Origin: Pseudothermotoga sp.
GTDB lineage: Bacteria; Thermotogota; Thermotogae; Thermotogales; DSM-5069
Strand: one strand, 5' to 3'
NCBI GenBank assembly: GCA_031962025.1
Contig: JAVRKW010000004.1
Length of the DNA stretch: 64,000 nucleotides
Shown here: positions 58,108-64,000 of the stretch, piece by piece
How the letters are laid out: every line of letters starts with the position of its first letter
How positions within the stretch are numbered: the stretch's first letter is position 1
Notes under the pieces: generated by a model
Seen by the model: only the letters and a program-made list of their open reading frames with translations
Databases searched by the model: none
Told to the model about the DNA's origin: nothing
Translations under genes and position numbers: made by a program

Positions 58108-58559
58108 TAGCCTGGATGCTTGTTCAGACGAACCTCTGGGGTTCGGGTCAGGTCGTGAATGACTTTGGAAAGACCGCCATCTTTATTGCAAATTCCAAAG
58201 TCACCCTCAGTTTCAGTGCGATCTTCTTCAGGGGCATGCTCTGCAACATACTGGTTGATCTGGCTGTGATACTCGCATTGGCTGCGGACAGCGTGGAGGG
58301 TAAGATTCTGGGCATATTTTTCCCGATAATGACCTTTGTCGCAATAGGCTTTGAACACAGTGTAGCAAACATGGCTCTGATACCGATCGGACTTTTCATA
58401 AAGGCTGCTTCTAATTATGGTCCACAAACTCTCAACTGGGCTGGTTTTTGGAAAAATATCATCGGAGCAACGCTGGGAAACATAGTTGGACCGGGTATCT
58501 TTACTGCGCTCTTTTACTATCTGAGTTATTACAGACAAGCCAGTCAGTCCAAGACCTGA
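58089..58559 (+). pseudogene. C-terminal half of a formate/nitrite transporter (FNT)
   Basis: FIGSILIAW, RGMLCNILV, GFEHSVANM and TLGNIVG motifs. N-terminal half is missing (in-frame TAG at 58071). Confidence 0.85.
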
Positions 58560-59590
58560 GTGATCATCAACCCTTTTTCCTCTGCCAGATCAATTTGCTC
58601 ACCGCTGTCTAATCTCACAATGGGCTGCGTTGCGCGGCCCATTGTGTTTCCAACCACAACTGCTTTTTCGCCTGAATTGAGAAGAACTGTCGTACCAACC
58701 GGATAAAGACCTACTATGGAAACAAATGCCTGAACCAATTCTCTATCGATTTTTCCAAAAGATGCCATTTTTATCAATTCTGAAACAACCCTGTATGGTG
58801 ACCAGGAAGCTTTGTACGATCGATTTGAAATCAGAGCGTCGTATATGTCTGCGATCGCTATGATTTTAGATTCCACTGTCAATTCAGTTTTTGTCAAACC
58901 TCTCAGATATCCTGTCCCGTCTAACTTTTCATGGTGATCTCTAACACCACTTATCACATTGACATCATCTATACCTGACTTTTCACATATTCTAAAACCA
59001 TACTCCACATGCTTTTTAACCATTTCAAACTCTTCTTGAGTCAACTTTCTTGGTGCATAAAGAACCTCTTTTGGTACCATGATTTTACCTACATCGTGAA
59101 TTATCGCAGAAAAAGCCAGCCGTGAAAGCTGGTTTATTTTCATTCCAATTTGCAAACCTATGAGTGAAGATATCATTCCAACGTGTACCTCGTGAACATA
59201 GGTATATTCTTCATCGTTTTGCTGAATTAGAAAGATCAAAGATATCTTATCGGAATAGTTTTTCACAATATCGTTTACGATCTGGCTTGAAAGATCACTC
59301 ACTTCCTTTTTGTTCAGTTGTAATTTTTGGGCTGCACCGTGGAAGATATCTTTTATCTCTTCTTTCAATTTTTCTATCTTTTGTGGATTCACAACCGGCG
59401 GAGTGACCGGTGAGATCTGTATCCACAGATATTTCACATCGTTCTTTTTGAGTTCTTCTATGATTTGTTTTGTAAGAGGCTGTCCCAAACGAACTACAGG
59501 AGGCTGATCACTGGCAAACCTCACAGTCTCCATAGATATATCTCCGGGTACAAGTGAATCAACTTTTTTCCAGATGATCTGTCCAGTCAT
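58544..59590 (-). CDS. HD-GYP domain c-di-GMP phosphodiesterase-like protein
   Basis: IHDVGK, HHEKLDGTGY and IADIYDAL motifs. Confidence 0.9.
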   Translation of the reverse strand: MTGQIIWKKVDSLVPGDISMETVRFASDQPPVVRLGQPLTKQIIEELKKNDVKYLWIQISPVTPPVVNPQKIEKLKEEIKDIFHGAAQKLQLNKKEVSDLSSQIVNDIVKNYSDKISLIFLIQQNDEEYTYVHEVHVGMISSLIGLQIGMKINQLSRLAFSAIIHDVGKIMVPKEVLYAPRKLTQEEFEMVKKHVEYGFRICEKSGIDDVNVISGVRDHHEKLDGTGYLRGLTKTELTVESKIIAIADIYDALISNRSYKASWSPYRVVSELIKMASFGKIDRELVQAFVSIVGLYPVGTTVLLNSGEKAVVVGNTMGRATQPIVRLDSGEQIDLAEEKGLMITQVLD

Positions 59591-60816
59591 ATAATTTTGA
59601 TTAAATCTTCACTCTCCTTTGGTGTTAGCAAAGCCCAGTGCCATTTACTTGAGCAGATTTCTTTCCACATTTCCTGGACATCTTTATATTTCACAGATTC
59701 AACTTTTTTGAGTATATCTTCCAGTTCAAACGGTTCGGTTTTAACCAGCAAAGGTTCCAGAACATAGCCAAACATACCTGAGACACTTTCTGTAACCATC
59801 TGGAGTTTCCCGATCAACCTTTTCTTGCCGTACTCAAAATAATCCTTGGGAATAGATCCTTCATCAAAGATTTTATTCATCTCCTGTACATATCTTTTGA
59901 ATTTCTCAACACTTGTTGAAGCGTATATTTCCATCAGAGACTTGTTTTTACCCATGTTACTCAACAGCTCTATGTCATAAACAAGTCCAAGTTTTTCTCT
60001 TATTCTGGTGAAAAGCATCGAACTCATACCGCTTCCAAGCAAAGTGTTCAGAACAAGAAAGGCTGGGTATTTTGAGCTTTCCAGTCCAAAATCAATTGCG
60101 AGCCCTGCAACGGCATGTACCTGACTCAGATCATTTCTTTGCTCAAAAACACGTGAAGGTTCTTTAAAAGACATTTGAATATCATCTTCATTTACAGTTT
60201 TATCATATCGCACCACGACATTTTCAAGTTTCTCGATCAGATTTTTTGTTATCTTTCCGACCGCCACTATCCTCAGATTACCGTATCTTGTGGAATGAAA
60301 ATCTTTCAGGACCTGTGCACTGGCTTTTGCAACGGTCTGTTCATATCCGATCACCGGTCGGCAGTAAGGCTCCTGGAGTATACTCTGTGCAAAAAGGTCC
60401 TGCACTCTGCTGATATGGTCTTCGTTGAAAGACTTTATTTCTTCTATGACCACAGATTTTTCAAGTTCCACCGCGTGATCTTCAATGAGCGGACTGAAGA
60501 CCAACTCACTTAGAACATCGATGGCTTTTTCAAAATAAGAATAAGGTGTACGGGCATAATAAACCGTGAAGTCTTTGGTCGTGAATGCATTCAGGCTGCT
60601 TCCTACAACTTCTAACTCGTATTTTAGAGCAAATTCTTCATAATTTTTCGTGCCTTTAAAGGTTACGTGTTCCAGTAAATGTGCGATTCCGGCAAAATCC
60701 TCTGGTTCATGTGCTGAACCTGCCGGAACGATAAATGCAATTGACAAAGTCTTGACACCTTTCACAGGTAAATAGTAGATCGTGCTGGTATTGATCTGTT
60801 TTCTTTCTATTTTCAA
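59587..60816 (-). CDS. M16 family zinc peptidase
   Basis: GIAHLLEHV (HxxEH), NAFT and IREKLGLVY motifs. Confidence 0.92.
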   Translation of the reverse strand: MKIERKQINTSTIYYLPVKGVKTLSIAFIVPAGSAHEPEDFAGIAHLLEHVTFKGTKNYEEFALKYELEVVGSSLNAFTTKDFTVYYARTPYSYFEKAIDVLSELVFSPLIEDHAVELEKSVVIEEIKSFNEDHISRVQDLFAQSILQEPYCRPVIGYEQTVAKASAQVLKDFHSTRYGNLRIVAVGKITKNLIEKLENVVVRYDKTVNEDDIQMSFKEPSRVFEQRNDLSQVHAVAGLAIDFGLESSKYPAFLVLNTLLGSGMSSMLFTRIREKLGLVYDIELLSNMGKNKSLMEIYASTSVEKFKRYVQEMNKIFDEGSIPKDYFEYGKKRLIGKLQMVTESVSGMFGYVLEPLLVKTEPFELEDILKKVESVKYKDVQEMWKEICSSKWHWALLTPKESEDLIKII

Positions 60817-60876
60817 ACTGATCTACCTCCATGAAAATGCCAGCTTTGAATGCTGGCACATATCGATCAAAACAAA

Positions 60877-63009
60877 TTACTCTTCTTTCTTATCTTTTTT
60901 GTACGATCTACCTTGCTGTTTACGAACATGATCTTCATCGGTAGAAACTTCTTCAAGCTGAAATCTGCCCATGTTGTCAATACTGCTGACCTTTACCTTC
61001 AAGATTTCGCCTATCTTGATTGTCTTGAGATTTCTGACAAGCTTGCTCTGATGCAGTAATCCAATCTTTCCCGGTGCGATTTCTATAAAAGCGCCGAATG
61101 GTTCGATGCGAGTTACCTTGCCATCGAGGATTTCGCCGACAGTTATTTCTTTCACGATGTTGTTGATCTGTTTGATCGCAGCTTCAACTTTCGCCTGATC
61201 GTCACCGATCACGCTCACCTTTCCGGTGAGGTCATCGACAGATATCTTGACATCGTAGTCTTTTATGATGGTCTTTATTACTCTCCCACCGGGTCCGATT
61301 ATCTCGGCGACCTTTGATGGGTCTACACCGACGACCTTTATCACAGGTGCATATTTAGATAGAGTATCCTTTGGCTTGTCAATTGCTTGGTAAAGTTTTT
61401 CCAGTACATGAAGCCTTGCCTCTTTTGCCTGATTCAGGGCTCTTTCAAGCAGATCTCGCGATACACCAGAGACCTTGCAGTCCATCTGGAATGCTGTAAT
61501 GCCGTCCTTTGTGCCTGCTACCTTGAAATCCATATCTCCCCAGTGATCTTCAGCTCCGAGTATATCCGTCAAAACTATCTGGGCATCTTGTTCCAGTATC
61601 AGACCCATTGCAACACCAGCAACATGTTTGGCAACCGGCACTCCTGCATCCATGAGTGCGAGCGAGCCAGAGCAAACTGTAGCCATCGAAGACGACCCAT
61701 TTGACTCGAGAATCTCTGAAACTATTCTGACCGTGTAAGGAAATTCATCCTCTTTTGGAAGGATAAACTTCAAAGCTCTCTCTGCCAGATATCCATGTCC
61801 GATTTCCCGACGGCTTGGACCTCTCAATGGTTTGACTTCACCGGTTGAGAATGGTGGAAAGTTGTAGTGCAGCATGAATCTTTTTGTTCCTTCTTCAAGT
61901 AAAGAATCTATTATCTGTTCGTCCATCGGTGCACCAAGGGTAACTATCCCAAGACTCTGTGTCTCTCCTCTGGTGAAAAGCGCAGAACCATGTACTCTGG
62001 GGAGTATACCAACTTCACAGCTTATCGGTCGCACCTGTTTTGGATTTCTCAAATCAAGTCTTATACCCTCTTCAACTATGATCCGTCTCATTTTGTGTTT
62101 GAGTTTTTCCTCGTAAGCGTCTTTTAAAAGAACTGAGAGCTCTTCGATTTTTTCTTCACCGTGTTTTTCTTTCAGGCTGTTGCAGATCATGTTGTAATAT
62201 TCATCCAAAGCTGCACTTCTGGCTTTCTTACCCTGCGTTAGAAGTCTGTTTCTCAGTTCATTTTCGTCAATCAACGAAACAAAATCATTTGCGATTTGCT
62301 CAGGTAAAGTTTTCTCCTGTAAGCTGATCTTTTTGACATCGAACTGCGACAGTATTTGCTTTTGAAATTCAATTATCTGTTTGATGACATCATGTGCCTT
62401 GAACAGAACTTCTACCATCTGTGATTCACTTACTTCTTTTGCTTCACCTTCTACCATCGTTATGGCATCTTCTGTACCGGCAACCACAATGTCGAGCAAA
62501 CTCTTTTGAAGCTGTTCTTCATCTGGAAAGAAAACGACTTCGCCATCGACAAGTCCGACTCTGACAGCCGCGACTACACCGTTGAACGGAATATCAGAGA
62601 TGTTGAGTGCCAGTGAGGTGGCAAAAACACCTACTATATCTGGTGGGTTAACGGTATCTGCCGAGACTACAGTAACAACGACCTGAACTTCATTTCTGAG
62701 GTCTTTTGGAAACAGCGGTCTGATAGGTCTATCGATTGTTCTTGCGGACAGGATTGCCATTTCGCTTGGCTTACCTTCTCGCTTGACAAACCCACCTGGT
62801 ATTTTTCCGGCGGCATAAAATCTCTCCTGAAATTCAACGGTCAGCGGAACAAAATCAATACCTTCTGTGACGGAATCAGCCATCACAGCCGTTGCAAGAA
62901 CGGTTGTTTCACCTATCCGAGCCATGACAGCTCCATTCGCCTGCTTTGCAACCCTTCCATGTTCGACGAAAAATTCCCTTCCAGCTATCTCTTGTTTCCA
63001 TGTTTTCAA
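60877..63009 (-). CDS. pnp: Polyribonucleotide nucleotidyltransferase
   Basis: [34 protein letters not shown] and S1 domains. Confidence 0.98.
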   Translation of the reverse strand: MKTWKQEIAGREFFVEHGRVAKQANGAVMARIGETTVLATAVMADSVTEGIDFVPLTVEFQERFYAAGKIPGGFVKREGKPSEMAILSARTIDRPIRPLFPKDLRNEVQVVVTVVSADTVNPPDIVGVFATSLALNISDIPFNGVVAAVRVGLVDGEVVFFPDEEQLQKSLLDIVVAGTEDAITMVEGEAKEVSESQMVEVLFKAHDVIKQIIEFQKQILSQFDVKKISLQEKTLPEQIANDFVSLIDENELRNRLLTQGKKARSAALDEYYNMICNSLKEKHGEEKIEELSVLLKDAYEEKLKHKMRRIIVEEGIRLDLRNPKQVRPISCEVGILPRVHGSALFTRGETQSLGIVTLGAPMDEQIIDSLLEEGTKRFMLHYNFPPFSTGEVKPLRGPSRREIGHGYLAERALKFILPKEDEFPYTVRIVSEILESNGSSSMATVCSGSLALMDAGVPVAKHVAGVAMGLILEQDAQIVLTDILGAEDHWGDMDFKVAGTKDGITAFQMDCKVSGVSRDLLERALNQAKEARLHVLEKLYQAIDKPKDTLSKYAPVIKVVGVDPSKVAEIIGPGGRVIKTIIKDYDVKISVDDLTGKVSVIGDDQAKVEAAIKQINNIVKEITVGEILDGKVTRIEPFGAFIEIAPGKIGLLHQSKLVRNLKTIKIGEILKVKVSSIDNMGRFQLEEVSTDEDHVRKQQGRSYKKDKKEE

Positions 63010-63036
63010 GCAAATCACCTCTACTTCCAAGAAACT

Positions 63037-63056
63037 AAAAGCGGGCAGATGCCCGC
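63037..63056 (-). terminator. Terminator between rpsO and pnp
   Basis: GCGGGC-ATCT-GCCCGC followed by TTTT on the minus strand. Confidence 0.75.
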
Positions 63057-63076
63057 CCTCTTTGTTTTTTTACTTT

Positions 63077-63340
63077 TTATTTCCTCAGGTTGAGTTTCTC
63101 GATTAAGGTCCTGTATGACTCCGGGTTTGCCTTCCTGAGATACTTGAGAAACTTTCTGCGCCTGCCGACCATCTTCATCAAACCGCGCCTTGAATGAAAA
63201 TCCTTTGGATGAGCTTTCAAGTGCTCTGTCAGATGTCTTATTCTCGCGGTCAGTATAGCTACCTGAACTTCGATCGAGCCTGTGTCTTTTTCGTTGATCC
63301 TGAATTGTTCAATGATCTGCTGTTTCTCTTTTTGATCCAC
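63077..63340 (-). CDS. rpsO: 30S ribosomal protein S15
   Basis: [27 protein letters not shown] start after GGAGGTG. Confidence 0.97.
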   Translation of the reverse strand: MDQKEKQQIIEQFRINEKDTGSIEVQVAILTARIRHLTEHLKAHPKDFHSRRGLMKMVGRRRKFLKYLRKANPESYRTLIEKLNLRK

Positions 63341-63346
63341 AGATTG

Positions 63347-63408
63347 CACCTCCACATTTTTAAAATCCTTCAACCCAGACAGGGACTCACCCGTATCCGA
63401 GTTGAGGT
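63347..63408 (-). promoter_or_regulatory. Candidate S15 autoregulatory leader RNA
   Basis: Long hairpin UCAACUCGGAUACGGG-UGAGU-CCCUGUCUGGGUUGA just upstream of the rpsO RBS. Confidence 0.55.
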
Positions 63409-63409
63409 C

Positions 63410-63484
63410 TGGAGCGGGCGACGGGTTTCGAACCCGCGGCCCTCAGCTTGGGAAGCTGATGCTCTACCACTGAGCTACGCCCGC
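63410..63484 (-). tRNA. tRNA-Gly(CCC)
   Basis: Minus-strand cloverleaf GCGGGCG..., anticodon loop TTCCCAA, CCA end. Confidence 0.96.
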
Positions 63485-63536
63485 ACAGAACATTTATACC
63501 ACATTTAGAATGGTTCTGAACAAATTACAAAAACAT

Positions 63537-63785
63537 TTAAACACACAGTCCTTTAGATGAAACAATTTTCAGTATCTCTTGTGCGTTCGATCCACTCAAT
63601 ATGAATACATAAAACTGATAAGCCTGCAAATCTGCCTGATCTGTCCTACTAAGATAATAACTTTTCACTCTCGACTCAAATTGCTCTTTCTCCTGCGCTG
63701 TCATTTTCGCAACAGCCTGAACGATCTCAAGTATTCTTTGATCTTCAAGACAAGCTCTAACTATCTCCTGCAGGACATCATCCAT
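63537..63785 (-). CDS. Small hypothetical protein
   Basis: 82-aa ORF starting 3 bp after the spoVS stop. Helical composition. Confidence 0.6.
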   Translation of the reverse strand: MDDVLQEIVRACLEDQRILEIVQAVAKMTAQEKEQFESRVKSYYLSRTDQADLQAYQFYVFILSGSNAQEILKIVSSKGLCV

Positions 63786-63788
63786 CGA

Positions 63789-64000
63789 TCAGGACTGTTT
63801 TGGTGTTACAAAAACTTTGAAGGACATCCCGGTCCTTGTTTCGTTGTCGATCAAAGCTTCAATGAAACCAGGAATCATGTAGATATCCTTCCCACCCTCG
63901 TTGAGAAATCGTCTCGCCACAGCAATGGCTTTCACTGCCTGGTTAACAGCACCTGCACCAATTGCCTGGATCTCAACTTTGTCTGCTTTTGATAATGCAC
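63789..64000 (-). CDS. spoVS: Stage V sporulation protein S family (5'-partial)
   Basis: Not in the ORF track. Minus strand reads ..ALSKADKVEIQAIGAGAVNQAVKAIAVARRFL..IPGF..TGMSFKV*. Confidence 0.92.
   Translation of the reverse strand, partial: ALSKADKVEIQAIGAGAVNQAVKAIAVARRFLNEGGKDIYMIPGFIEALIDNETRTGMSFKVFVTPKQS

Noticed and set aside
58080..58110. Programmed frameshift joining the 2Fe-2S and FNT fragments
   Set aside because: Both domains are incomplete (fourth Cys and FNT N-half are missing) and there is no slippery heptamer, so a deletion is the simpler explanation.
63579..63992. 137-aa plus-strand ORF at the right edge
   Set aside because: Antisense shadow of spoVS and its downstream gene.

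Overview
Gene-dense 64-kb chromosomal segment of a Thermotogota bacterium, most likely Pseudothermotoga. This is an inference from the gene set, the MotB/FliY forms and the GGAGGTG-type RBS. In order it contains: (1) the 3' part of an uncharacterised membrane-associated operon (zinc-ribbon protein, Yip1-like protein, a 921-aa single-pass protein, a 304-aa soluble protein and a 4-5 TM protein); (2) a convergent archaeal-type AAA-wHTH ATPase with a tandem palindromic operator; (3) a flagellar operon (flbB/motE-like, fliK with a 294-bp higher-order repeat, flgD, flgE, flbD, motAB, fliL, fliM, fliY); (4) csaB, tRNA-Lys/Leu/Gly, uvrA, a PHP hydrolase, tsaB, a LonC-type protease, a divergent glmS and a 2-hydroxyacyl-CoA dehydratase/activator pair; (5) a minus-strand run moeA-mog-moeA-transporter-xer-tdk-NUDIX-ispE, preceded by an 87-bp IS200/IS605-end-like structured element; (6) an Opp/Dpp ABC operon with an embedded NlpC/P60 peptidase, ECF ATPases, ppdK, hup, mnmE and yqeY; (7) a rubrerythrin-like gene followed by a deletion scar joining a 2Fe-2S oxidoreductase 5' end to a formate/nitrite transporter 3' end; (8) HD-GYP, M16 peptidase, pnp, rpsO with a structured leader, tRNA-Gly and a partial spoVS. 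No CRISPR array, rRNA or intact transposase was seen. The best candidate for an undescribed system is the operon at 1-5248. All product calls come from motif recognition by eye, not database searches.
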